In this document: positions 7,988-17,889 of the stretch, piece after piece | Layout of the letters: each line of letters begins with the position of its first letter | Position numbering within the stretch: the stretch's first letter is position 1 | Virus record (IMG/VR): IMGVR_UViG_3300008108_000044 | Span: 15,509 to 79,508 of that record | Direction: 5' to 3' (one strand) | DNA length: 64,000 nucleotides | Origin: a virus | Position numbers and translations under genes: made by a program | Notes under the pieces: generated by a model | What the model was told of the DNA's origin: nothing | The model's input: the letters and a program-made list of their open reading frames with translations, nothing else | The model's database searches: none

Positions 7988-8667
7988 TGTTTAATCACAT
8001 TGATTTGAATCTTCCCAAGTTAAATCGGGAAACTATAGATGGTGTTCGTTATTATCAAGTACCAGACGATGGAGAACTACTTAAGTTAGTTTCTATTACT
8101 TCGGTAACTAGTCATAAAAATCGCCAGTTCTTTGCGAACTGGCGTAAAAAAGTTGGCGAGGCAGAGGCAGATAAAATTACACGACAAGCAACAAGTCGTG
8201 GAACTGACATGCATAGTCTAGTAGAAAATTATCTTTACAATATTCCAGAACTTCCTAAAGTTCAACCATTGTCAGAATTCTTATTTAAAATTGCTCAAGC
8301 AGATTTAAAAAGAATAAATAATATTTACGCTCTTGAAGGTTCTATGTACAGCAAGGTTCTGGGAATCGCTGGGACCGTAGACTGTATTGCTGAGTTTGAT
8401 GGAGAACTTGCAATTATTGATTTCAAGACATCAAAAAAACCTAAACCTGTAGAGTGGATCGAACATTATTTTGTACAATGTATGGCATATGGATGTATGC
8501 TGTATGAACTTACTGGATTACAAGTAAAAAAACTTGTCATTATTATGGCATGTGAAAATGGAGAATGTGTTGTTTATGAAGAATACGACAAGTCAAAATA
8601 CATCAAGTTACTCATGGAGTACACTAGAGAGTTTCTTAAATACAAATTGGAAAGCTATGCCAGTTAA
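7984..8667 (+). CDS. PD-(D/E)XK exonuclease (Cas4/RecB-like)
   Basis: RGTDMH, AGTVDCI, IIDFKTS, YFVQCMAY. Confidence 0.85.
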   Translation: MMFNHIDLNLPKLNRETIDGVRYYQVPDDGELLKLVSITSVTSHKNRQFFANWRKKVGEAEADKITRQATSRGTDMHSLVENYLYNIPELPKVQPLSEFLFKIAQADLKRINNIYALEGSMYSKVLGIAGTVDCIAEFDGELAIIDFKTSKKPKPVEWIEHYFVQCMAYGCMLYELTGLQVKKLVIIMACENGECVVYEEYDKSKYIKLLMEYTREFLKYKLESYAS

Positions 8668-8926
8668 ACTAGAAGACGAGTTTGAAAAGGTATTAGAAAA
8701 AAAGTTTTTTTGTCCAACCAAATTTGCTCAAGAGATTGAAGTTCTGGTTAAAAATAATAAGGACATGAATTATATTGATGCGATCATTCATTTTTGTGAT
8801 AAAAATAGTATTGATCTGGAGTCAGTTCCTAAACTTATATCTAAACCATTAAAAGAAAAGATAAAGTACGATGCGATGGAGTTGAACTTCCTTAAGAGAA
8901 CTTCCAGAGCAAAATTGGTTTTTTAA
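8657..8926 (+). CDS. gp33: Late transcription coactivator gp33
   Basis: YIDAIIHFC...LKEKIKYDAMELNFL; synteny before gp59. Confidence 0.85.
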   Translation: MPVKLEDEFEKVLEKKFFCPTKFAQEIEVLVKNNKDMNYIDAIIHFCDKNSIDLESVPKLISKPLKEKIKYDAMELNFLKRTSRAKLVF

Positions 8927-8985
8927 TTAAGAAAAAGTCGGAAAATTTATCGCGGGGAAAAATCCAAAAAACCCCTTTTGTAAAA

Positions 8986-9573
8986 ATGACTCCTTTTGAT
9001 GTATATAAAACTTACTTATCTTTGAAAAATCATTTTACAAAAGATAATTACGATTACCACAAATATTGTGGTAAAACTCGTGCGTCTTTGCAGTCCTTTT
9101 ACAAAAGGAAGGATAGATATTGGTTTGAAAAACTAAGTAGACAAAAAAACGATCAGGAGATCGTAGATTATTTTGTTTCCAACTTTATTGTGTCTGGGGA
9201 TGCAGACTCACTCTGGATTGGTGAAATGATTAGATCTGGAGAATCTGTGTATAATGATTGGAAACGGAAAAAGGAGTCTCTAACATATCTGTTTAAGGAA
9301 GAGACAGAATCTCTTTTTGGAGAATATGAATTAGATGCTGTTTTTGACTGTTCTAAAGGACATCCGCCATTATTAAAAAAATACTTGATTGGTAAAATTA
9401 GTTTAGAGACTCTTGTAATTTATGATCGAATATTTTTGTTTGGTAAACAATTTGATAAAAAATTGGATGATCCAGTTTGGCAGTTGGTATCAAAAAATAT
9501 TAAAAAGTACAGTTCTTTCCTAAATATTGATATATTTAAGTTTAGAAAAATTTTAAAGGAGTGTGTATTATGA
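8986..9573 (+). CDS. gp59: Helicase loader gp59
   Basis: YLSLKNHF, YDYHKY, FYKRKDRYWFEKL. Confidence 0.9.
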   Translation: MTPFDVYKTYLSLKNHFTKDNYDYHKYCGKTRASLQSFYKRKDRYWFEKLSRQKNDQEIVDYFVSNFIVSGDADSLWIGEMIRSGESVYNDWKRKKESLTYLFKEETESLFGEYELDAVFDCSKGHPPLLKKYLIGKISLETLVIYDRIFLFGKQFDKKLDDPVWQLVSKNIKKYSSFLNIDIFKFRKILKECVL

Positions 9574-9908
9574 GTTTTTTTGATTCTGAAGTCGTTCGCT
9601 CTGAAATAGCACATATTAATGAACTTCAGGAAGAACTCTATAATAGCATGTTCAAGTTTTTTAAGATGGACCGACAAGGAAAACTTGACCACGTAAATTT
9701 ACTCCAAAATTTGCTAGAAAAGCAAAAAGTTTTATACACAAGATTGTCTCTGTCTGACGATCCAGAGGCAAAAAAGATGAAAGAGAATATATCTAAGTCT
9801 GCCATGATGATGGGTCTTCCAGAAGGCATGGACATGAACATCATTTTTTCAAATATGGAAAAGTTGATCCAGCAAATGAAAGATCAGGTCAATAAAACAG
9901 AAGGTTGA
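9570..9908 (+). CDS. DUF1825-like protein
   Basis: MSFFDSEVVR...RLSLSDDPEA. Confidence 0.7.
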   Translation: MSFFDSEVVRSEIAHINELQEELYNSMFKFFKMDRQGKLDHVNLLQNLLEKQKVLYTRLSLSDDPEAKKMKENISKSAMMMGLPEGMDMNIIFSNMEKLIQQMKDQVNKTEG

Positions 9909-9967
9909 CATACAAGGGGACTTGCACTATATTGGTAAGTGTCCACCGCAAGTCCCCTTAAGGACAC
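9905..9967 (+). promoter_or_regulatory. gp32 promoter and leader pseudoknot
   Basis: TTGACA-N17-TATATT (9905-9933); stems 9914-25/9948-59 and 9939-44/9962-67. Confidence 0.65.
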
Positions 9968-10003
9968 ACACAAGCCGAATCTCACAAAATACGAGGTAAT
10001 CTA

Positions 10004-10960
10004 ATGTCTTTCGCAGATCTTAAGAAGCAATCTTCTCTTGGTTCTCTTACTCAAAAACTGGTAAAAGAAGTTGAGAAGATGAATAACGGATCTAACGGCG
10101 CTGATGAGCGTCTTTGGAAACCAGAAATGGATAAAACTGGCAATGGTTATGCAGTTATCCGATTTCTCCCTGCTCCCGAGGGTGAAGATCTTCCTTGGGT
10201 AAAAATGTACTCACACGGATTCCAAGGTCCTGGTGGTTGGTATATTGAAAATTCTTTGACCACTATTGGACAAAAAGATCCAGTATCTGAATACAATCGC
10301 GGTCTTTGGAACAGTGGTAATGAAAAGGACAAAGAAACTGTTCGCAAGCAAAAACGTAAACTGTCTTACTACAGCAATATCTACGTTGTAAAAGACCCTG
10401 CCAATCCTGCTAATGAGGGTAAAGTATTCCTCTTTAAGTATGGTGCTAAAATCTTTGATAAGGTGATGGCAGCAATGCAACCAGAATTTGAAGATGAGGA
10501 ACCAATTAATCCCTTTGACTTCTGGCAAGGTGCTAATTTCAAACTGAAACTTCGTAAAGTTGATGGTTATTGGAATTACGATAAGTCTGAGTTTGATCGT
10601 CAAGCACCCCTTCTTGAAGATGATGATGCTCTTGAAGGAATTTGGAAAAAGCAATATTCTCTTCAAAGTCTTGTTGCTCCTTCTGAGTTTAAAACTTTTG
10701 AAGAACTTCAAAAACGTCTTGATTATGTTCTTGGTAAGAAAGGAACTCCTCGTCTCCAAAATATGGACGAAGAACTCCAAAGTGAAGATGAAGGTCGTGG
10801 ATCATTCACTCCTAGTTTTGGATCTCGTACTGAGAAATCAGAACTTCCAGAAGAACTTAGTGCTCAACTAAATTCTCTTGGTTCTTCTAAATCAACTGCA
10901 GATGAAGAAGAAGAGGATGATGATGCTCTGAGTTATTTTCAGCGTCTCGCAGAGAGCTGA
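10004..10960 (+). CDS. gp32: Single-stranded DNA-binding protein gp32
   Basis: GNGYAVIRFLP, WYIENSLTT, NYDKSEF, acidic tail. Confidence 0.95.
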   Translation: MSFADLKKQSSLGSLTQKLVKEVEKMNNGSNGADERLWKPEMDKTGNGYAVIRFLPAPEGEDLPWVKMYSHGFQGPGGWYIENSLTTIGQKDPVSEYNRGLWNSGNEKDKETVRKQKRKLSYYSNIYVVKDPANPANEGKVFLFKYGAKIFDKVMAAMQPEFEDEEPINPFDFWQGANFKLKLRKVDGYWNYDKSEFDRQAPLLEDDDALEGIWKKQYSLQSLVAPSEFKTFEELQKRLDYVLGKKGTPRLQNMDEELQSEDEGRGSFTPSFGSRTEKSELPEELSAQLNSLGSSKSTADEEEEDDDALSYFQRLAES

Positions 10961-13345
10961 TTATTCATACAATCTAGGATTGTCTCCTTTTTTCAGGGTG
11001 TTGGACACATACTGTTCAGCACCCTCTTTGTATGTCATGATATTTTCAATATCATCTAAAACAATTCCTAAAAATTGTGGTTTTAGAATGTAGATATTTC
11101 TTTTTTTGTTTTCCTCTATCTCTTCATATTCATAGTTTGATACGGGAACGCAAGATTCTAAACCACTAATTTCTTCTATTTGTGAAGATCGTGAATCAAA
11201 ATAAACTGTACCATAAGTTAATCTCTTTCTCCAGTTAAATCCGTCAAATTTCCATTCCTGTCCTGCTCTTTCAAAAACCTCATTTACTTGTGGAGTATAA
11301 AGTGGACCTGGTTTGCTGAATATTAGATCTGGTGGTGTATTATATCCTCTTCCTGGATTGGTTAATGTGATTTCTATTACACCACCATTTTCAGTTTTTA
11401 ATGAAGCTGTTGCTGTAATTGGAGGCAGTGGATTTTCAATTACTGCTGTTGGCGCAGTTCTATAGTTGTAACCTCTGTCAACTACTATGACCTCATCTAC
11501 TTGTCCATTTTTAATGATTACATATCCAGTTGCAGTTCTGTGTGGAATTGGTGGAGCAATATAAATGTTTGGTGGATCACCTTGCAAGTAACCAGCACCA
11601 CCCTTTGTAACTGTTATGGATACTATTTTTTCTGAAGTAGTTGTTCCAACACCAACTGTTGCCGTTGCTGTTGCTGTAATATCTGTAGTATATTTGTAAA
11701 GTTTTCTATTATTAGTTCCACCAACAATGAATAGTGTTTCTGATGGATTTGCATATGCTTCTAGTGGGAAGGGATCACCACTGTCTGTTTGAATATTACG
11801 AGTTCCTATGAGAGTAAATGTGTCTAGATCCCAATTTGACCCAAGTTCTAATACGTGCATTGATCTGGTGATAGATCCAGAAACATATAGTTTTGATCCA
11901 TCATCCTTAAATGCAAAACCATTAATTAATGATTCTCCACCGATTAATGTTTGAATATTGATTTGTTGTACTGGTAGTGGATAGATCGTTGTAACATCCC
12001 AATCCACAAACATTGAATATTTTTTGATTGTATCTGGATCTTGTGTATCTATAATGAATAAGTGAGTTCCATCGTCTTGTAGTCTGACTCCAGACGATGT
12101 GGGCATACTGATTGCTCCAGCAACAGTTGCTGTGCTTATATCCCAGTCAGTAGACAAGTCATATTGTGCAATTTTAAAACCAGAGTTTGTTAAACCACAT
12201 AAGTACATTCTCGATCCATCTGGTTTAAATTCTATACCAGTAATATAAAGGAAGGATGCCCCACCAAAATTCATTGTTCTATCTGCAATTTTTGTTCCAC
12301 TTGTAATGTCATATGCAGATGATAATTCGTAATGTTCAATTACTCCACTGGTGTATGCACTTGCTCCATGGCAAGTGTAAACTCTAACACCAAGAGCATC
12401 CATAAAATATCCTTCAAATCCAGATTCAACTACAAAATTGGAGTCTGTAACAAATTGTGCGCTACTAATTACATCTGGGGGAGGATCAATTACAATTGTT
12501 GGTGTAAACGTATAACCGTCTCCTGGATTTGTAATTACAATTGAAGTTATAGATCCACCTGCACTGACAACTGGTACTAATGTTGGTGGGAATGTTGGCG
12601 GTGGATCACTAAATGTAATTGTTGGTTGGAATGTGTAACCTGTACCATTATCGATAATAGTAATTAAACCTACTTCCCTATCATCTGGAGGTACGTTTAA
12701 TGCAACATCAACAACACCTTTTCTTGGATTTGGTGGTGGAGTAATTGTTACTGATGCAATTCCAGTGTATCCTGTTCCTGGATTTGTAATTACTACAGAG
12801 GTAACCTCACCACTATTTGAATTAACTGTTGCAGATCCTACGGCAAAGTCTCCAGGAATAACTGTTGGAAGTTGTACGTTTGGATCCAATTCAACTTCAT
12901 ATTCTGGTGCTTTATAAAATCCTTCATTAACTCTTTTTCCACCCTCAACTATAATATAATCTTCTTTGGTTCTGACTTCTTTTGTCTCATAATGATGAAT
13001 TCCCGAGTATAATTCTTCGTAACTTCCATACTTTTGAAGTAAATGTTCATTGAATGCATACTGTGTTTTTGGCCATTCATCATAAACATTATTAATGTTA
13101 TTTGCTAGTAAAACTAACCAATCTAGTGTTGGGTCATTATAAATTTTATCTGCTACTTGATCTGGTCTTTCATCTCCAAGAACAGTATACTTTTCAAAAA
13201 AAGATACGTTTTGGAAGATATCTTCTCTAATTTTTGCTCTTTTAAAAAGATTTTTTACAATAGTGTAATCTGATATGGAATTTTTATCCAATTCTCTTGA
13301 TACATATTCAAAATTAGGAACTTTTTTAAAATATTCTTGTGTCAT
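10961..13345 (-). CDS. gp53: Baseplate wedge gp53 with a large internal insertion
   Basis: LysM-like ERPDQVADKIY...WLVLLANNI; HHYET; C-terminal NYEYE..NKKRNIYILKP. Confidence 0.85.
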   Translation of the reverse strand: MTQEYFKKVPNFEYVSRELDKNSISDYTIVKNLFKRAKIREDIFQNVSFFEKYTVLGDERPDQVADKIYNDPTLDWLVLLANNINNVYDEWPKTQYAFNEHLLQKYGSYEELYSGIHHYETKEVRTKEDYIIVEGGKRVNEGFYKAPEYEVELDPNVQLPTVIPGDFAVGSATVNSNSGEVTSVVITNPGTGYTGIASVTITPPPNPRKGVVDVALNVPPDDREVGLITIIDNGTGYTFQPTITFSDPPPTFPPTLVPVVSAGGSITSIVITNPGDGYTFTPTIVIDPPPDVISSAQFVTDSNFVVESGFEGYFMDALGVRVYTCHGASAYTSGVIEHYELSSAYDITSGTKIADRTMNFGGASFLYITGIEFKPDGSRMYLCGLTNSGFKIAQYDLSTDWDISTATVAGAISMPTSSGVRLQDDGTHLFIIDTQDPDTIKKYSMFVDWDVTTIYPLPVQQINIQTLIGGESLINGFAFKDDGSKLYVSGSITRSMHVLELGSNWDLDTFTLIGTRNIQTDSGDPFPLEAYANPSETLFIVGGTNNRKLYKYTTDITATATATVGVGTTTSEKIVSITVTKGGAGYLQGDPPNIYIAPPIPHRTATGYVIIKNGQVDEVIVVDRGYNYRTAPTAVIENPLPPITATASLKTENGGVIEITLTNPGRGYNTPPDLIFSKPGPLYTPQVNEVFERAGQEWKFDGFNWRKRLTYGTVYFDSRSSQIEEISGLESCVPVSNYEYEEIEENKKRNIYILKPQFLGIVLDDIENIMTYKEGAEQYVSNTLKKGDNPRLYE

Positions 13346-13347
13346 CT

Positions 13348-14889
13348 TTAGTAACCGATTGAGTGGTTTGAAGTATCATAATCTGAAGAGTAAATTGGTT
13401 CTAATTCCATGAATTGTAAATTGATTGTATATGAAAGCATGGCAGCATCTTCAAATGATACATAACTTCCATCTGGAGTATAATCAACGGTGCAAGATTG
13501 AAGAGCACAATCTTTTATTAAGTTTATACCACCATGATTTTCTTTATCGTTATGATAATATGTAATACCAAAGACATTGGGTGCTTTTAAATACAGTTCT
13601 GAAGATGTTGTTGCAGCTGCCATATTTCTTTTAAAAAAGTTGATGATTTTTTTTACCATTTCACCTTCAGGTTTTGATCTGGGAGTAAGTTTAAATTGAA
13701 AATTAAATGCTCTTAACTGTGGTCCTTGGAATAAAAGCTCTGTATTTGGATTAAATACTGCACCACCTAATTTAGGTAAAACTTGAACACCAACTGCTTG
13801 TTCTGTAAAATAAGCAATAATTGCTTTTTGAACATCGTCAGAATATCCTTGACCCGTATTAACCGCAGCACTAACCGCATTTTTTATTCCTTCAAGTCCT
13901 TTATCTATTCCTGAGATTGCTATAGAGGAACCAACAACTTGTGCTGGATTAAAAGTTTCTTCATTCCATCCAACAGTATTTGTATCTGTGATTCCAGTTT
14001 GAAATGGTAAAATAACAGTTTCCGTTGTAGATTGATTTTGTCTATCTCTTGTAGTTACTGCATTTTGACCTGTCCCGATTGTACTAGAAAATCCAAAAGT
14101 ACTATTGTTAAATGTTTTGTTACCATATTTTTTAGCAGAAAATTTTATATAATCCATTCCCTGTGTCCATTTTACTGGATATCTTAATCCACCACTAATG
14201 GTGCCATCAGGATTTTTTCTCTCCTTATTTGATTCTGGAATTGTGGCTCTATTATCAGTTATGTCAGTGAGCACTCCACCAATATCATTGGTTATTGATT
14301 GACCCAGTTGAGTGGCGCTGGCACCCCGATTGGTGGTATCAGGATTATCTCCATCACCGCCACTCTGCTGTTGCTGCTGTTGGCCCTGTCCACCTGGTCC
14401 GCTGCTAGGTGGAGTTCCGATTGGACGATTTGATCCGATTCCATTATTTGCAGTAAACCTGGTCCCTATAACAGACCTTGCGGCAGCAATTTGTGGATCA
14501 TTTAACGATTGTCCTGTACGACCAATACTGTCCTGATTAATGGTATAATCTACTGATCGATTAAAATTTTGTGCAGTAGTTCCGTTATTGTTTATTGAAT
14601 TAACTAATGTTGAACTTCCTAAAGTTTCTGCATATCGTGTTGAATGCCACCTGTTATCTCTTCCATACACAGCGATTGTGTTATTCATATCTAGATCTTC
14701 TGCTTGACGAAGAGCATTATATGTTTGCCTAATAATCCGAGTTTCTCCAGTTCTAGGAACAAAAACAGATCTATACTGTATATCGTTTGTATTTGGCAAA
14801 GATTGTACTGGAGATATTAATATTTCAGTACCATCTGAACCATTTCTATTGTTATTAATGGTTCCTGCTGTTGTGCGGAGTATAGTCAT
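13348..14889 (-). CDS. gp48: Baseplate tail-tube cap gp48
   Basis: NPNTELLFQGPQLRAFNFQFKLTPRS; VDYTPDG; LQFMELEPI. Confidence 0.85.
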   Translation of the reverse strand: MTILRTTAGTINNNRNGSDGTEILISPVQSLPNTNDIQYRSVFVPRTGETRIIRQTYNALRQAEDLDMNNTIAVYGRDNRWHSTRYAETLGSSTLVNSINNNGTTAQNFNRSVDYTINQDSIGRTGQSLNDPQIAAARSVIGTRFTANNGIGSNRPIGTPPSSGPGGQGQQQQQQSGGDGDNPDTTNRGASATQLGQSITNDIGGVLTDITDNRATIPESNKERKNPDGTISGGLRYPVKWTQGMDYIKFSAKKYGNKTFNNSTFGFSSTIGTGQNAVTTRDRQNQSTTETVILPFQTGITDTNTVGWNEETFNPAQVVGSSIAISGIDKGLEGIKNAVSAAVNTGQGYSDDVQKAIIAYFTEQAVGVQVLPKLGGAVFNPNTELLFQGPQLRAFNFQFKLTPRSKPEGEMVKKIINFFKRNMAAATTSSELYLKAPNVFGITYYHNDKENHGGINLIKDCALQSCTVDYTPDGSYVSFEDAAMLSYTINLQFMELEPIYSSDYDTSNHSIGY

Positions 14890-14890
14890 T

Positions 14891-15535
14891 TTATGGTCCT
14901 TTGAAGTCCTGATCGTTTTGACCGTATCCCTTATATATTCTTGACCCCCTCAACATATTTCTAAAGGATTTGTTATTTTGTTTCCAAATATCTTCCAAAA
15001 TTAAATCATTCTCTTGACCATCTTTAATAGATACAAATCCTTCTAATGGTAGGTTAGCAACAGTAGTCCACTCACTAAAAGCAATATCTAAAAGTAGACC
15101 GTCGATTCGGCTTATTATATATTTAGATATCGAATTCCAAGGAAGTGTTAATTTTCCTTGCTGTAAATTTTCAATTACAAATTTTCTTTTAATTGGATGA
15201 ATATAATGTAAATTACAACCCATAAAAGATCTTCCATCAAAAGAAATGACGTATACAAGTGGGAAAGGATCAAATATTTTTACATCTTTTTTAAATGGGG
15301 GATTGTATTCAAACATATAAATATGTCCTTGCCTTGGAACTCTTCTTAGTAAGTTCTCGTCCTGCTCTTCTTCATCTTCAGCATTATCTGCTCTCTCATC
15401 CAAAATCATTTTTTTGGGATTTGATAGATATTTTCTAGTTAATCTTCTAAATGCTCTTCTATAGAAAAAGGGAGACCTTCCTTTTTCTATATCAACCTCT
15501 TCTTTTAATTCTTCAAAAAGAGTTTTTTTTGCCAT
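14891..15535 (-). CDS. gp2: DNA end protector gp2
   Basis: MFEY...FDPFPLV...GCNLHY. Confidence 0.8.
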   Translation of the reverse strand: MAKKTLFEELKEEVDIEKGRSPFFYRRAFRRLTRKYLSNPKKMILDERADNAEDEEEQDENLLRRVPRQGHIYMFEYNPPFKKDVKIFDPFPLVYVISFDGRSFMGCNLHYIHPIKRKFVIENLQQGKLTLPWNSISKYIISRIDGLLLDIAFSEWTTVANLPLEGFVSIKDGQENDLILEDIWKQNNKSFRNMLRGSRIYKGYGQNDQDFKGP

Positions 15536-15979
15536 TTATTTGATTCCTAATTCGTCTTCTGTGATTATCTTGAATTCTAATAATCTATCTTTACACCATT
15601 CTTCTGCAGCTCTCCATTTTGCTTTATTTACTTCATATGTTTTTGCTTCGTAAATAAAATTTTTGGTCACTCTTGATTTTCTTTGAGGTGGCATTGTTTG
15701 CCGTTTAGGTTTTACCTCAACCACATAAGTTTTTATTCTTCCAGTAGATTCTTTTACCTTTATAATAAAATCTGGATAATATCGATGCACTTTTTTATCT
15801 ATTGGAGATATGTATGGTATAAAAAATTCTTCACTTGCCCACTCTAAAATATTTTCATTTAAATCACACCAAGAACAAAATTTTCTCTCCCAACTACTTC
15901 TACACACAATATTGTTAGGATTTCCTTTGTATTTTTGTGGATACGATGGTTTGTACCGACTTTTAATACTTTCGTTCAT
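15536..15979 (-). CDS. gp4: Head completion nuclease gp4
   Basis: RSSWE, HRYYPDF, EVKP, NKAKW, FKIITE. Confidence 0.9.
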   Translation of the reverse strand: MNESIKSRYKPSYPQKYKGNPNNIVCRSSWERKFCSWCDLNENILEWASEEFFIPYISPIDKKVHRYYPDFIIKVKESTGRIKTYVVEVKPKRQTMPPQRKSRVTKNFIYEAKTYEVNKAKWRAAEEWCKDRLLEFKIITEDELGIK

Positions 15980-16020
15980 TAAATTGGATACATATATTAT
16001 ATAAGGTTAAAAGTATTTAG

Positions 16021-16956
16021 ATGGCAACCCCACCAAATCAATATGCTGTCAGTATGAATACCTTGAAAAGTAGGATTCTTAATCCTTCTTTAACTTCTCA
16101 TTATTCTGTTGTAATAGATCCTCCATCTACTGCACCGAACAATGGAACAACAATAACTGCTTTATATAAAGAAAAATATCCAGATCTTCCCCAATATGAT
16201 AAAGGATTGATGGAATTGACATGCACAGAAGCATCTCTTCCAGGGTCTAATATGGGTACAATTGAGACCATGGACTATACTGGAGTTACTGAAAAACATG
16301 CATATCGAAGAATATTTGACGACACCATAGATTTTACTTTTATTGTAACCCAAGACTCTAATTATCACCAAATTAGATTTTTTGATTTATGGATGTCTTA
16401 CATATTAAGAGAAGGTGAAATCAGAGGACTCACTGATTTGAATAAAAATATTTACTATAGGGCAAGATATGCAGAAGATTATCAAGGAACCATAGCTATT
16501 TCTAAATTTGAAAAAAATATGGGGTATAATAATACCTCACCAGTTCCAATTTTAACTTATAGATTTATTGGTGCATATCCAAAACAAATAAATTCTATAC
16601 CGATTTCATATGAAGCATCGGAATTGTTAAAAGTTACAGTATCTTTTACGTATACTCGTTATTTTGTAGATAGACAATTAATTAAGATTGGAGGAAGCAA
16701 TTCTCCTGTACCTAGTCCACAAGCTCCAGCGAATCCTGCAGCGGCGCTACAAAATCCACAAGCACCATCAACACAATCCTGGAGGTATAGTCAGGCAGAA
16801 CTTGAAGCATTTAGAGGAGCAGCTGCTTTATCATCAATCGCATCATCGCGTAATGCTGATAGATTGTTATCTGGTCAATCTGGATCATCAGCTGCAAATA
16901 GAATAGTTGATCAGAGTTACAATAGAGTTCTTTATGGATCTCCCACCCCACCTTAA
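16021..16956 (+). CDS. Baseplate tail-tube initiator, gp54/gp19-like
   Basis: CTEASLPG, YPKQI...LLKVTVSFTY; divergent from gp4. Confidence 0.7.
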   Translation: MATPPNQYAVSMNTLKSRILNPSLTSHYSVVIDPPSTAPNNGTTITALYKEKYPDLPQYDKGLMELTCTEASLPGSNMGTIETMDYTGVTEKHAYRRIFDDTIDFTFIVTQDSNYHQIRFFDLWMSYILREGEIRGLTDLNKNIYYRARYAEDYQGTIAISKFEKNMGYNNTSPVPILTYRFIGAYPKQINSIPISYEASELLKVTVSFTYTRYFVDRQLIKIGGSNSPVPSPQAPANPAAALQNPQAPSTQSWRYSQAELEAFRGAAALSSIASSRNADRLLSGQSGSSAANRIVDQSYNRVLYGSPTPP

Positions 16957-16962
16957 TAAATA
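16955..16962 (+). promoter_or_regulatory. T4-type late promoter
   Basis: AATAAATA 28 nt before gp26; similar sites at 30578, 33603 and 55497 precede structural genes. Confidence 0.65.
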
Positions 16963-16990
16963 ATCACACTGAAACTTATATCAGAATATC

Positions 16991-17710
16991 ATGCCTTTAC
17001 CTAAAATATCTACACCAACATATGAACTTGAATTGCCATCATCTGGAGAAACAATTCAATACCGACCATTTTTAGTAAGAGAAGAAAAACTTCTTGTCCT
17101 TGCACTAGAAAGTGAAGATACAAAACAAATTACTACTGCAATTAAAACAGTAATTAAAAGTTGCATTTTGACTAAAGGTGTAAAAGTAGAAACACTACCA
17201 ACTTTTGATATTGAATATTTGTTTTTAAACATTAGGGGAAAATCAGTTGGTGAAGAATTGGAAGTCAATGTTGTTTGTCCAGACGATGAACAAACATTAG
17301 TTCCAATTACAATTAGTATTGATGATATTAGTGTTAAAAAAAGCGAAGATCATGTAAAACAAATTAAAGTTGATGATAGTATTATGATGGAAATGAAATA
17401 TCCATCATTAGACCAATTTATTAAGAACAACTTTGATTTTGCTTCTGGTGGAACTGTTGAACAGTCTTTTGATTTGGTTGCTAGTTGCATTGACCAGATT
17501 TATACTGAAGAAGAATCTTGGGCAACATCAGATCTTCCTAAAAAAGAAGTAGTTGAATTTTTAGATCAGATGAATTCTTCTCAATTTAAGCAGATTGAAA
17601 AGTTTTTTGAGACTATGCCAAAACTATCTCATGAAGTTAAAGTTAAGAATCCAAATACTGGAGTTGAGAGCACTGTAGTTCTGGAGGGACTATCAAGTTT
17701 TTTCGCATAG
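16991..17710 (+). CDS. gp26: Baseplate hub assembly protein gp26
   Basis: MPLPKI, YRPFLVREEK, FLNIRGKSVGE, LEGLSSFF. Confidence 0.9.
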   Translation: MPLPKISTPTYELELPSSGETIQYRPFLVREEKLLVLALESEDTKQITTAIKTVIKSCILTKGVKVETLPTFDIEYLFLNIRGKSVGEELEVNVVCPDDEQTLVPITISIDDISVKKSEDHVKQIKVDDSIMMEMKYPSLDQFIKNNFDFASGGTVEQSFDLVASCIDQIYTEEESWATSDLPKKEVVEFLDQMNSSQFKQIEKFFETMPKLSHEVKVKNPNTGVESTVVLEGLSSFFA

Positions 17711-17721
17711 CCCTCTCGCAC

Positions 17722-17889
17722 ATGGATTTAGAGAATTATTATAAATTAAATTTTGCGTTAATGCAGTACCATAAATATTCATTAACTGAAATTGAAAATC
17801 TAATTCCATGGGAGCGAGACATTTACGTTGCTCTATTGAAGGCTCATTTAGAAGAAGAGAAATTAAAGCAACAACAAAATGGCGGATAA
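17722..17889 (+). CDS. gp51: Baseplate hub assembly catalyst gp51 (55 aa)
   Basis: NFALMQYHKYSLTEIENLIPWERDIY; not in the ORF track. Confidence 0.85.
   Translation: MDLENYYKLNFALMQYHKYSLTEIENLIPWERDIYVALLKAHLEEEKLKQQQNGG

Noticed and set aside
7984-8667. Cas4-like nuclease as a sign of CRISPR-Cas
   Set aside because: No repeat-spacer array or other cas genes seen; this is the usual exonuclease between phoH and gp33.
8927-8985. A-tract/GC-patch spacer between gp33 and gp59 as an origin or terminator
   Set aside because: Only a 4-bp stem and no iterons; nothing testable from this window alone.
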